Positions 1 to 10,559 of a stretch of DNA of 64,000 bases are shown here, one piece after another. The stretch's first letter is position 1. Every line of letters starts with the position of its first letter. The notes beneath the pieces are model-generated. The model was not told the DNA's origin, made no database searches, and saw nothing but the letters and a program-made list of their open reading frames with translations. Made by a program: the position numbers and the translations under genes. This stretch comes from Paragordius varius. Lineage: Eukaryota; Animalia; Nematomorpha. The DNA lies in NCBI GenBank assembly GCA_964247055.1, contig OZ176052.1, forward strand, positions 1,860,001 to 1,924,000. Direction: 5' to 3'.

Positions 1-874
1 CATAACCATTTATAGGACTCAATGAGAATATGCATTTAAAACAATAATTTGACTGATGTTTTGGAATCGAATTCGCAATTTTTTGATTCCGGGGGTTGCA
101 TTAAGATATAAAAACAGTTCTTGATCAAATGATTTGGGAAGTCGCTTTAAAGTTTAATTCTGGTTCATTATTTTTGTTAATAATAATTGGGTTTCATTTT
201 TTGCCACCATTCTCATTAAGATAGTTGCCTTTCGTTAAAGGTAATAAAATTAACTATTGCTAAGTATTTTACATTTGGAATTGAAATTTCCTTTTTTAAC
301 ATATTTTTCATTATTGGGAACACTAATTTTATTTTACTTTGTATAAAATAATTCACTACGTTTCTATTATTTTCTTTACCTTATTTTGATTTCTTTTGAG
401 TTGTCTTAACCTATAGATATCTATTTCAAGAGTAAAAATAAAATTATCCTTATTTTCTTAATATAGACATAAAAATACCATAAACAAATGTTAAAAATAG
501 GGTAACAAAATTTAAATTTTAAACAATGATTATTTCAAAATTAAAATATTTGTTTTTAGAGAACGATACCGTGGATAAAACGATTTATAAAAAAACTAAT
601 AGCTCCGGTTCTATATAAACGGTTTCGTTTGAATCCCGATATAAATTCTATTGTAATTTTGAGAATCTTTTAAACAAAAGAAAATTCAAACTAATTGCAC
701 TCCAATCTTAGTTCCGATTTTAAACTAACTCGATGTTTAATAGACATCCAAAACTGAATATATCATATAAATATATAATTATCAAATCAAAAAAATTTAT
801 TTACAATATTGTAATAATAACAAAATCATTAACTAAATACATATATTAAAAACATTATCATAAAAGATGTTTAA

Positions 875-2540
875 AGGATTTTGGTTGAAGGGTAGGTAAA
901 TGTAAGTTGTGTGAAAATATAAATCAGAGATGTGTTGAGTTTGAGAAGATATATGTAAGGTGAGGTGTGATGATAAATGTTAGGATATTTTGTAGGAAGG
1001 AGAGAGTTTAAAGATGTGTTGATGTAAGTTAAGAGAATATTGGAATAATTAATAAAATAAAAAATATCAAATATAAAAAATGAAAATGCTAAAAAAGTAA
1101 ATAGGAGAGGTGTGATGTAATGGGTGTGTGAGATGTAAGGTGATGTTTAATGCGACGATAAATGTTAGGAGATTTCGTAAAGATAGGGATGTAATGTAAG
1201 GGAATATAAATTAAGGGAATATAAATTAAAAATATTTTTATATAAATAAAAAGTATCCAAAAATGAGATTTGATGAGTTTGAGGATGTAATTGTAAGGTG
1301 AGATGTGATGATAAATGTTAGGTATATATATAACATAAAAATATATTCACATATGTTAAAAAGTATCCAAAAGTGTTTAGTTTGAGAATGTCAATGTAAG
1401 GTGAGGTGTGAAGATAAATGTTAGGTATATCGTAAGGATAAGGGAATTCGAAGTAAAAATATATTCATATATAATAAGAAGTGTCCAAAAATGAGATTTG
1501 ATGAGGTTGATGATGTATATGTAAGGTGAGGTGATTTTGTTAGATAGGGTAAAGCAAGGGAATATGGGAATATAAAATGAGGGAATATAAAGTAAAAATA
1601 TATTAATATATTATAAAAAGTATCCAAAAATGAGATTTTTGATGATGTATATGTAAGGTGAGGTGCGATGTAATGGTAAATGGTAGGTGATTTTGTAAAG
1701 ATAGGGATTTAAGGGAATGTGGGAATATAAATAAATAAAATCAAAAAATATTAATCAAATATAAAAATATAGTGAAATAAAGAGTAAATTGGAGAGAGGT
1801 GATGTGTGGGTGGGTGAATGAGATGTAAGGTGAGCGTTTAATCAGAGGTGATTTTGTAAGTGTGTTGATGTAAATTAAGGTAATATAGGAATAAAATTTA
1901 AATAAAATAAAAAATAAATCCATTTATGGTATAAAGAATATAGTATCCAAAAATAATGTAGAGAAATGTGATGAGTTTGTTGTATGTAAGGTAAGATGAG
2001 GTGGGATGATGGGAAGAGATGTATGTTGATGTAATGTAAGGGTATATGAATTAAATAAAGTAGAATATAAAAAGTATCCGAAAAAAAATATGTGATGAAT
2101 GGTGAGTTTGAAGATGTTTATGTAAGGTAGAGAGGTGTGATGATTAATGTTAAGTGATTTGGTAAGGATGGAGAATGGGCATGTTTTGATGTAAAAAAAG
2201 GGAATATATTTTTAATGAAATAAAAAAATTAATTTAAATATAGAATAAAAGTTAGTATTCAAAAATAGATAGAATATAGGTGATGTTTGTATGTAAGGTG
2301 AGTGTAGTATGATGAAAATAAATCTTGGGTGAATTTGTAAGGATAAATGGAAGATATGTATGTTGATGCAATGTAAGGATGGGTAAAATATAAAAAAGTA
2401 TGTCAAAAGTAGGATATGTGATGTGTGTGGGTGTGTATGTGTTAGTTAGATGAGTTGAGGTATGATGTAATGGAATGTATTTTGTAGAATAAGAATGATA
2501 GTAAAAATATGAATATATGGAATATAGAAATAGAATATAT
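875..2540 (+). repeat. Degenerate G-rich, C-poor satellite with units of about 110-180 bp (copy A)
   Basis: Recurring blocks AAGTATCCAAAAATGAG (about 1251, 1361, 1480, 1619, 1942, 2072, 2254, 2397), ATGTAAGGTGAGGTGTGATGATAAATGTTAGG and AAGGGAATATAAA; strong G over C skew. Confidence 0.85.
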
Positions 2541-2708
2541 TATATATATAAATGATGATACATAAAATATATATAATGTGTGTTTGATATTTGAATTCAT
2601 GAAACAGAAACCAACGTCATACACGGGTCTCCAAATAAAAAAGCCCTAAACATCAAAAAATAAGTAAAATGTTTGATTATATTGTTTTAATGATATAATT
2701 GTTTTTAT

Positions 2709-3749
2709 TTAAAACTTACTGTATGTCTCTCGAATAACACAATCAGTCATCACAGGTTCATAATCGCATGTACAACCCTTGCATTCCAACAAAGCTATTC
2801 CTGGTAAACCTGAATCTGGAGACGGTTCCTCACAAGGTGAAGGGGTCCATGTAAAATACCGAGGTTCGTCATTGAATCTTACTGTTCTTTTCGGAACAGT
2901 TTTTTCTACATTAATATAATAAATTTTGTAGAAATATCTAGTATGATGCTTTTTGCATTGATCTCGGTGTTGTAAAAAATGTTTCGAAATATTTATTTTA
3001 CCAATTGATTCAGGCGAAGTACAATCTTCATCGAATGAATTATCACTTTCTATCGCATTTATTTCTGCCCAACTAGGTTCTGGATAGAACAGTTCCCCCA
3101 CAGGGGAAATCGGAGTCCAACGGAAATATTGAACGTCTTCATTGAAAACCACTCTTTTTGGCATATTTGGTTCTAGTTATATAAATTTTTATTTTGATAT
3201 GGATATTATTAAAGTGACATACCCAAAATATTTAATTATGTTTACTTTTTAGTTCTAATAAAAATCTGAAATTATTTTTTTACCATTTTTGCATCCATTT
3301 CGACCCTTGATGTTGGATTTCTTTTGAATCGTATCAGGCTTACCAGGGGGACATTCAACTAATTTAACAGTAAAATCGAATTCGTAATATATATACCCCA
3401 TCAGTTTTTTAAATTTTCTTAGATATTAATATTGATCCCACCTTTTAGTTTATTAAATATTCGTCGGAGTTTTATAGATATTGTTTCTAAATAGCTTAAT
3501 TTTGACGCAAGTGCTTTATGCCCTACTGTCTTTAAAAAATGTACTCATCTTAGATATATTTGATAAAAAATGTTTTTTTTATAAAAACATATTTAATATA
3601 AATAAAATATAATTTTTACCAATTAAAGCGTCATTCTTTTCCATCTTCCCAAAACAAGAAAACAAACGATTCCACCACTTTTTCAAACCTGTAATTTAAA
3701 ATTGATATTTATGAATTATTAAATTAAACATTTTAGCCCACAAGAAATT

Positions 3750-3804
<55 letters not shown>

Positions 3805-4868
3805 TTAGAAAATCTGAGTAAATTTAATATTCTTAAACAAATTTTCTGAATCAGTTGCCAATTTCGGAATTGAAACAAAAATTGTAAAAAATAGTAGTTT
3901 TTACAAAATCTTTTGTGTTAATTCTATAATAAAATATTTTTTAATTCCCTTATATTTGCTAATGCGGCACATCGGATTCGATATCTCAATTTAAATTTTT
4001 ATGAAAAATATTTAAAAAATTCGAAGCTTCAAACATTATAACCTTGTCCAATAACTCTTCTTTCATTATAATTATTCTTTTGAATACGATTCCGGGCAAA
4101 AATATTTTTCATTAATATGATGTTGATATAAATTTAAATTTACAAAGCAATTTAATTATTTGATTGTTGCATTCTAAAATGTTTTATCATTAACTATCAA
4201 GTTTTTGTGGTGATTGTAAACGCATTATTTTTATAGTGTTGTGAGATTATAAAACTTGTTATTTAATACTTTTGCACAAATTGAATTGGTTAAAAATTTA
4301 TTATGAGTTTTATAAAGTGTAATATTCGGGGCCCCGAACCAAAAAAATCGAGCTGATTAATATATTTTATTTGTTTTATGGATATCTAAATTATTAAAAG
4401 GATTTCCATTAAAAACTTACCCTTTTGATGATATGGATAAGTTACATTCACATCATTTAAAAATTTTTTGCCCGATGTTTAGTTATTTATGCAATGTTTG
4501 TAATTTCAGTTAGCTATCATGTAATTTACCTTACAAAAAACATCCATATCATAGGTATTGGGTTCTTGTTCGTTAATAGGGAAAAAGTTCAGCAGTATTT
4601 TTTTCGTTTTTTCTTATATGAACTAATCTTAAACTCAAAGACCCGAAAAAACTAGCAATGATTTTTTACTTGTATACTGTATATATGGCTGTTTACTGTG
4701 TTAGATTTGGCTTTAACAGTATAAATTAAACATAAAAGTATACATGATAAAAATTTCAAAAAATTAGAATAACTCTTTCTATGGCTTTATTAAAAGAGAA
4801 ATATAAAGCAAACCTTTCTCGTTTGCTTTTCTTTGGCCATTTCTCTTGTTTCGAATCCAAAAAGTCAT
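2709..4868 (-). CDS. Small spliced protein (about 188 aa) with two RVxF-type PP1-docking motifs, copy A
   Basis: GT-AG exons 4868-4814 (55 nt), 3688-3620 (69), 3358-3284 (75), 3172-3002 (171), 2905-2709 (197). All junctions are phase 1 and the total is 567 nt with no internal stop. Exon structure and frame are preserved in copy B, with synonymous changes. Motifs KKSNIK, KRVVFNEDVQYF and KRTVRFNDEPRYF. Exon 1 is the least certain part. Confidence 0.75.
3752..3801. repeat. (TA)n microsatellite
   Basis: Pure TA run, absent at the equivalent position of copy B. Other TA runs occur at about 14607-14646, 15319-15362, 30407-30436, 55657-55682 and 61626-61658. Confidence 0.95.
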
Positions 4869-6071
4869 AATGAAAGATTTTATATTAGAGATGTTAAAAT
4901 AAATTTAGAATTTGATAGTATAAATTGAGGTTATAAAATGATTGTTGCTTTTATCATGCATAATTATATGGTTATAATTAAATAGTTGTTATATTTTTAA
5001 TACTGTCATCAATTAATTTTATAAAAATATACATGGGAATTAACTAAGGAATTTTTTTTGTAGATGATAGCCGGCTCTAATCACAGTCAAAATAAATTTA
5101 TAAAATCCTAAGATCCAATAGACAAATATTTTTTTAGAAAAACAGCTGTATTCTCTCCTCTTTAAAATACTTTTCTCCAGCTTTTAGACTTTTAACTTTG
5201 TAATAACTTTTATTGTAATATCTATAACAATTTAATCTTTGTAAGGGAGAGGGATCTGACTGTTAATTAAACCAATCTCAATGATTTAAGTTTTTGGAAA
5301 AAAAATAAGAAAATTTAAAATTTTATTTAAATTTTTCATTATTAATATTATTATAATATTTTAACTATTGAAAACGATTTGAACGAACTTTTTGTTTGAT
5401 TATAGAAGATATATTTCATATTTGTAGGAATGATACCATTTATGAAATTGAATGGCTTCAATCAAAGCAATCAGAAGACCGAAACTCTATCATACCGTCA
5501 AAAAAAGCGTCGGCAGAACATTATATATGTATTAACAGTTGTTAAAATCTATAAGATAACGATAAAGGAAAATTAAATAGAATTAAATGAAAGTATAAAT
5601 AGAAATTATAAACGATATGTGAAACCCAAAGTGTGCTAAAAATTAAAATCATACAAATAAACGTAAAAAATATTTTTCACTAGAAGACAACGATATATTT
5701 TTAATCTTTAATTTCTATATAAACTATATTATTACTCTTAAAAACCCAATTCACATGACTATTTCATACTTTGCAGTTTAAAACAATGAATTATATCTAA
5801 AAATTATGGATGAAAAAAGAATAGCTGCCTTGCAAATAAATATTTGTCTTTATGTTTTTACATTTTTGTCTGTATAATTTCAATTTTATGATGGCGACAG
5901 GCATGCTTAAAATGACCATTAATCCACATATGATTATCAATAAACTAAAAATAGTTAACATAAATGAATCCCAACTCACACTCAACCATGACACAATTGA
6001 GCAGTGTTAAGGATGTAAATATATAAACCTATTCAAATTAAAATTGAATAATCAGAAAGATCTTAGACGAC

Positions 6072-6339
6072 TGTAAGGTTATAATATTCTATTTTGTTAA
6101 CACACTCAATTCAGGTTGCATCAGTTATTTTGTATTTGAATATTATATATATATTTCGTGTTAAAGCTTATCTGTTGTTGAGAATAACCATTGTGTAACG
6201 TCTACGCAAATAAGGCATGCACACATAAAAAGAACTTGTGATATAATAGCAACTCACTTTTTTATTTTGGTTTTTCTTTTTATCTCTCAACTCTATTTTA
6301 TTATACCATACTGCTATACGTGAATAAATCAACCTTACA
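6072..6339 (+). repeat. 5' LTR (268 bp)
   Basis: Ends TGTAAGGTT...AACCTTACA form a perfect 9-bp inverted repeat with TG...CA termini. Confidence 0.95.
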
Positions 6340-6341
6340 TT

Positions 6342-6350
6342 TGGTGCCGT
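6342..6350 (+). promoter_or_regulatory. Primer binding site, probably tRNA-His
   Basis: TGGTGCCGT lies 2 nt after the LTR and is complementary to the recalled 3' end of eukaryotic tRNA-His (...ACGGCACCA). The match is only 9 nt. Confidence 0.65.
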
Positions 6351-6359
6351 ATTCTTTCA

Positions 6360-6884
6360 ATGAGCCAAGCGTTGGACATTTCAAAACTGATTTTGGAGCC
6401 TTTTAAGGAACCGATGAATTTTACGCAATATATACGTCACATCAGGAGAGTCTTAAATTCCAAAAATATCGAATCCAATGACACCACAATGAAACGCACG
6501 TTTCTCGCTTTCGGCGGTATTCAAGTAATAATGAAAATTGAAACGTTAGCATTTCCAAAACTCATAGATGACATGGAATGGGAGGAAATTGCAACCTTGG
6601 CCACTCAGATATATTCACCAATCAGCAGCCTATGGTTAAATCGAGTTGAATTCTACCGATTAAAAAAAATGCCAGATGAATCAGTCATGGATTTCCTGGA
6701 ACGTCTGAAAGCAAAGTGTGAAGCCGGGAAATTTGAAGGGGATATTCAGTCAAAATTACGCGATTTATTCCTGGTAGGTCTTGAAAATCCCAGAGTAGAA
6801 CGCGAAATTCAATCCAAATATCCAGATAAAGGACGGGGGTCCGGTAACCCTTCAAGCGATTGTAGACATCGCTTATTCCTATGA
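6360..6884 (+). CDS. gag: Gag N-terminal/capsid region (frameshifted near 6825-6840)
   Basis: Gag-like RVEFYRLKKMPDESVMDFLERLKAKCEAGKF...LRDLFLVGL. The Gag-like continuation PVTLQAIVDIAYSYE is in the +1 frame from 6841. Confidence 0.85.
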   Translation: MSQALDISKLILEPFKEPMNFTQYIRHIRRVLNSKNIESNDTTMKRTFLAFGGIQVIMKIETLAFPKLIDDMEWEEIATLATQIYSPISSLWLNRVEFYRLKKMPDESVMDFLERLKAKCEAGKFEGDIQSKLRDLFLVGLENPRVEREIQSKYPDKGRGSGNPSSDCRHRLFL

Positions 6885-6927
6885 ATTAGAAGATAAAAAG
6901 GTTCACAACATCAGAGATAATAATGAT

Positions 6928-9285
6928 ATGAACAATAATAATACCAGTGAACTTCCTTCAAGTATCCAACCAGTTGTTAATGATAATAATACAATCAATC
7001 AAATAACCCGAAAGCTATGTAGTAATTGTGGGTATCGACATGGTTCCGCCACCTGTCCGGCAAAAGGAAAACGGTGTTTCAATTGCGACAAATGGAATCA
7101 TTTCAGCACAGTATGCAAGGCAACGTTCCGACGGCCGTCAATCCGCACCATGACTAGCCCGAACAACACCCCCCGGATTCAGGTATTAATAAATAATATA
7201 CCAACAACGTTTATCTACGATACGGGCGCCGAGGTATCCGTTATTGGCAAGCGCACTTGGGTAAATATTGGTCGACCTCGTTTGCTCCCAGCTCCAAATT
7301 TGCGAACCTACAATGATGGCCCGATAGAAGTACTCGGAAAATCGATGATTTCAGTGGTTTTGAACGAAGAGGAGAAGTGCCTGCCCTGCGTGGTGACGCA
7401 AACTAACCCGCCAGCCGTGTTCGGGATGAATTGGATGCGGGCGTTCCGGTTAGAATTCCCAAAAAATGTTTTTTCAGTTTTACATACGCAAGCACCTAAT
7501 AATAAAATGTTATTTGATTATTTTGACAAATTGTTTTCAGACGAGTTAGGTACTTTCAAGGGGCCCCCAATAAAATTATTTATCGACCCCGGGGCCAAAC
7601 CTAAAGTTTTTCCTTGTCGTAGGGTACCTTTAACTCTAAAACCTTTAGTAGAAAATGAAATTGATAGATTAGTTAAACTCAAAATACTCCGACCTATCGA
7701 TCCGACCCAAACCCCAATAACATGGGCCTCTCCCACAGTAAATATAGTTAAAGGAAATGGAGAAATTAGGATTTGTGCCGATTTCCGAATTAGTATCAAC
7801 CGTTATTTAGCAAAAGATTCTCATCTGATACCTACTTTTGACGAGTTGGCCACCAAAGTGGCAAATGGGATAATTTTTTCCACTTTAGACCTGAAAGATG
7901 CTTACTTACAATTTCCGATAGACCGGGCGTCACAGACGCTAGTGACCATCACAACTCACAAAGGGTTTTATGCTTACCAGCGACTTCCATTCGGATTAAC
8001 TTCAGCACCTATGATCTTTCAAAGATGCATGGACAATCTTTTAAAGGACATACCTGGTATTTGTGTGTACCTGGATGATGTCTTAATTTCCGGAGCTACC
8101 AGGGAGGAACATGATCAAAGATTAAGGGAAGTATTTAGAAGGTTACAAGAGGCGGGATCACGATTGCGCCGAGACAAATTGCAAATTGGTATCTCACGAG
8201 TCAAATACATGGGGTACGTGATTTCTGACCAAGGTATTGAGCCGTCCAATGAAAAATTAGAGGCCATTAAAAATTGTCCGACACCTACAAACAAAACTGA
8301 GCTACGTTCGTTCTTAGGCTTAATAAATTTTCATGAGCGGTTTATACCAAACTGTCACCAACACCTAGCAACCTTACACAAGTTAAGTGGAAAGAATACA
8401 CCTTGGCGGTGGACCCCGGCAGATGATAGTGAATTCGCGAAAGCAAAAAGCTTGCTAACCAGGCCCCCCGCTTTAATGCCATTTAACGACCGTTTTCCAT
8501 TGTTGATCGAAACAGATGCTTCCAACAAGGGGTTTGGGGCAATACTGTTTCATAAGACCCCACAGGGGAAACGCCCAATTTTTTACGCGTCACGAACTTG
8601 TTCAATAGCAGAAAAGGGTTATTCCACGATCGAAAAAGAGGCCAAGGCCATAGTGTTTGCCCTAGAAAAATTTAAATACTTTATATATGGAAGACCTTTC
8701 GAGATATATACAGATCATAAACCGCTGGTGTCACTATTTGGGCGGAAGAGAGATATCAACAACATTAATAATAGCAAACTGCTCAGGTGGATATCGAAGA
8801 CCATCGGGTACGAGTATGAAATATTTTACAAGAAAGGGGAAGAAAACTTAGCCGACGCGTTGTCGAGACTTCCCATAGAGCATAGCCAACCAGATGATGA
8901 AGATGACGCGGCGACCAAGCAGGTACGATTTTTGGCTCTAAAAACGCTGGATGTAAATAAGAAAGTGGTCGAAGAGGCAACGATCACTGACCAACGGTTA
9001 TCAAAAGTTAAAAATGCTCTCAGGACAAACAGTTGGATCGACGAAGATCTGAAACCTTTTTTAAAACATAAAAATGACTTGGAGTGTTGTTATAATCTGT
9101 TATACCTGAATGATCGCTTAGTGATACCACAAGCGATGCAGGAAACGATATTGAAACTTCTGCATACGGGACACAGCGGGCTAAAAACAATGAAAGCCCA
9201 AGCCCGGTGTTCGGTATTTTGGCCCGAATTAGACACCGATCTAGAGAATTATGTGGAAAGGTGCGAGGCTTGCCAAACCTATTGA
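6928..9285 (+). CDS. pol: Gag zinc knuckles, aspartic protease, reverse transcriptase, RNase H and integrase zinc finger
   Basis: Double knuckle CSNCGYRHGSATC/CFNCDKWNHFSTVC; protease YDTGAEVSV; RT WASPTV, RICADFR and YLDD; RNase H TDASNKG, EKE, TDHKPL and ADALSR; integrase HTGH...CEAC. The frame is open upstream to about 6800. Confidence 0.95.
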   Translation: MNNNNTSELPSSIQPVVNDNNTINQITRKLCSNCGYRHGSATCPAKGKRCFNCDKWNHFSTVCKATFRRPSIRTMTSPNNTPRIQVLINNIPTTFIYDTGAEVSVIGKRTWVNIGRPRLLPAPNLRTYNDGPIEVLGKSMISVVLNEEEKCLPCVVTQTNPPAVFGMNWMRAFRLEFPKNVFSVLHTQAPNNKMLFDYFDKLFSDELGTFKGPPIKLFIDPGAKPKVFPCRRVPLTLKPLVENEIDRLVKLKILRPIDPTQTPITWASPTVNIVKGNGEIRICADFRISINRYLAKDSHLIPTFDELATKVANGIIFSTLDLKDAYLQFPIDRASQTLVTITTHKGFYAYQRLPFGLTSAPMIFQRCMDNLLKDIPGICVYLDDVLISGATREEHDQRLREVFRRLQEAGSRLRRDKLQIGISRVKYMGYVISDQGIEPSNEKLEAIKNCPTPTNKTELRSFLGLINFHERFIPNCHQHLATLHKLSGKNTPWRWTPADDSEFAKAKSLLTRPPALMPFNDRFPLLIETDASNKGFGAILFHKTPQGKRPIFYASRTCSIAEKGYSTIEKEAKAIVFALEKFKYFIYGRPFEIYTDHKPLVSLFGRKRDINNINNSKLLRWISKTIGYEYEIFYKKGEENLADALSRLPIEHSQPDDEDDAATKQVRFLALKTLDVNKKVVEEATITDQRLSKVKNALRTNSWIDEDLKPFLKHKNDLECCYNLLYLNDRLVIPQAMQETILKLLHTGHSGLKTMKAQARCSVFWPELDTDLENYVERCEACQTY

Positions 9286-9330
9286 CCTAACGCACCTGAA
9301 AATCTTCCCTATCGATGGAATTTTAACACT

Positions 9331-10293
9331 TTGACATGGGAAAGGTTACATATAGATGTTGCTGGACCGGTGGACGGATATTATTGGTTAGTGACTATCG
9401 ATAGCGCCTCACGGTGGGTAGAGATAGATCTTCTTAAATCAATAACGAGTCAAAGCGTTTTAAATTGCCTGGAGAAACACATCGCACGATTTGGTTTTCC
9501 CCGCCAAATTGTGACCGATAACGCCACGTATTTTACTTCAAGAGAATTTACGACTCTCCTAAATCATATGAATATAAAGCACATCTGTGCAGCACCCTAT
9601 CATCCCAAAACAAACGGTCTAGTAGAGAGAGTAATAAAGACATTAAAAACGAAATACGCCGCTACTAAGACCCAACAAATGCATGCATATGAAGCTATCA
9701 ACACGGTCCTTTATTCGTATCGAACTAGCATGCATTCTTCGCTAAAAGAAACGCCTTCCGCCATATTCCTAAAACGGCGTGTACACTATCCTATCTCTTG
9801 GGTAAAAACAACCCCTGTCGAATTTATAGAGCACGAAAATGAACCGAGACGCGAATTCCAACAAGACGATCCTGTCTATATTAAAAATGAAATGGCTGTA
9901 GGCTGGCGGCCAGGTCACATTCTGGAGAGAAGGGGGTTACTCTCGTATGAAGTGCAAGATGAGGAAGGGATTCGAAAACGTAAACATGCAGATCAGTTAC
10001 GACGTAGGTCAGGAGGGAATTCATACGAAACTAATCCCTTAATAGAGCATAAATATCCCAGCGTCGAAAGTGTCCCGGGTCATGTCGAGGCCCACTCCGA
10101 ACAAACCTTCCATCCCACCTCGGAATCTCAAATAGTCCATGCCCCAACGCCTGCTACCTCATGGCAAGACGTAGCCCCAGAATCGCTGACGCCTGTAGAG
10201 GCCACACCCGACGTGGTAAAGGAGGTTTCTGACCTACCCGAGCGTAGATATCCGCTAAGAAGACGGCAGCCTCCCGATCGTTTAAACTTATAG
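9331..10293 (+). CDS. pol: Integrase core and C-terminal domain, in frame with pol after a TGA at 9283-9285
   Basis: WERLHIDVAGP, IVTDNATYFTS and APYHPKTNGLVER (DDE core); C-terminal RRYPLRRRQPPDRL typical of Mag-type elements. Confidence 0.93.
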   Translation: MTWERLHIDVAGPVDGYYWLVTIDSASRWVEIDLLKSITSQSVLNCLEKHIARFGFPRQIVTDNATYFTSREFTTLLNHMNIKHICAAPYHPKTNGLVERVIKTLKTKYAATKTQQMHAYEAINTVLYSYRTSMHSSLKETPSAIFLKRRVHYPISWVKTTPVEFIEHENEPRREFQQDDPVYIKNEMAVGWRPGHILERRGLLSYEVQDEEGIRKRKHADQLRRRSGGNSYETNPLIEHKYPSVESVPGHVEAHSEQTFHPTSESQIVHAPTPATSWQDVAPESLTPVEATPDVVKEVSDLPERRYPLRRRQPPDRLNL

Positions 10294-10331
10294 GTATATT
10301 GTACGAACACGACAGCCCCCGTGGTTAACTT

Positions 10332-10341
10332 AGGGGGAGAG
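10332..10341 (+). promoter_or_regulatory. Polypurine tract
   Basis: AGGGGGAGAG, 3 nt before the 3' LTR. Confidence 0.9.
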
Positions 10342-10344
10342 TAA

Positions 10345-10543
10345 TGTAAGGTTATAATATTCTATTTTGTTAACACACTCAATTCAGGTTGCATCAGTTA
10401 TTTTGTATTTGAATATTATATATATATTTCGTGTTAAAGCTTATCTGTTGTTGAGAATAACCATTGTGTAACGTCTACGCAAATAAGGCATGCACACATA
10501 AAAAGAACTTGTGATATAATAGCAACTCACTTTTTTATTTACA
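10345..10543 (+). repeat. 3' LTR with a deletion of about 69 bp near its right end
   Basis: 10345-10540 is identical to 6072-6267 and is followed directly by ACA, matching the LTR terminus. LTR positions about 6268-6336 have no counterpart. Confidence 0.9.
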
Positions 10544-10559
10544 TCTAGCGTTTTTAGAG

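Larger units (their letters stand above)
6072..10543 (+). mobile_element. Ty3/Gypsy LTR retrotransposon (Mag-like), near full length, with two ORF lesions
   Basis: LTR-PBS-gag-PR-RT-RNaseH-IN-PPT-LTR order. The LTRs are identical over 196 bp. The element is absent from the paralogous site in copy B (49281/49282). Confidence 0.97.

Noticed and set aside
961-984. Satellite core GTGAGGTGTGATGATAAATGTTAG looks like a 24-nt GT-AG mini-intron in a micro-exon array
   Set aside because: The introns modelled in this window are about 70 nt or longer, there is no polypyrimidine tract, and I found no open frame after removal. RNA-seq would be needed to revive the idea.
875-2540. Repeat-spacer-like periodicity suggesting a CRISPR array
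   Set aside because: The intervening sequences are homologous to each other, units vary in length, the context is eukaryotic and there are no cas genes.
1421-2624. Minus-strand ORFs of 60-137 aa over the satellite (also 39963-41153)
   Set aside because: Low-complexity shadows of the stop-poor C-rich strand; frames and ends are not conserved between copies.
6072-6080. LTR terminus TGTAAGG matches the satellite motif ATGTAAGGT
   Set aside because: Only 7-8 bp in AT-rich DNA, with no further LTR similarity; most likely coincidence.
7518-10310. Antisense ORFs within pol (7518-7799, 8783-8980, 10128-10310)
   Set aside because: Short shadow ORFs with no recognisable motif.
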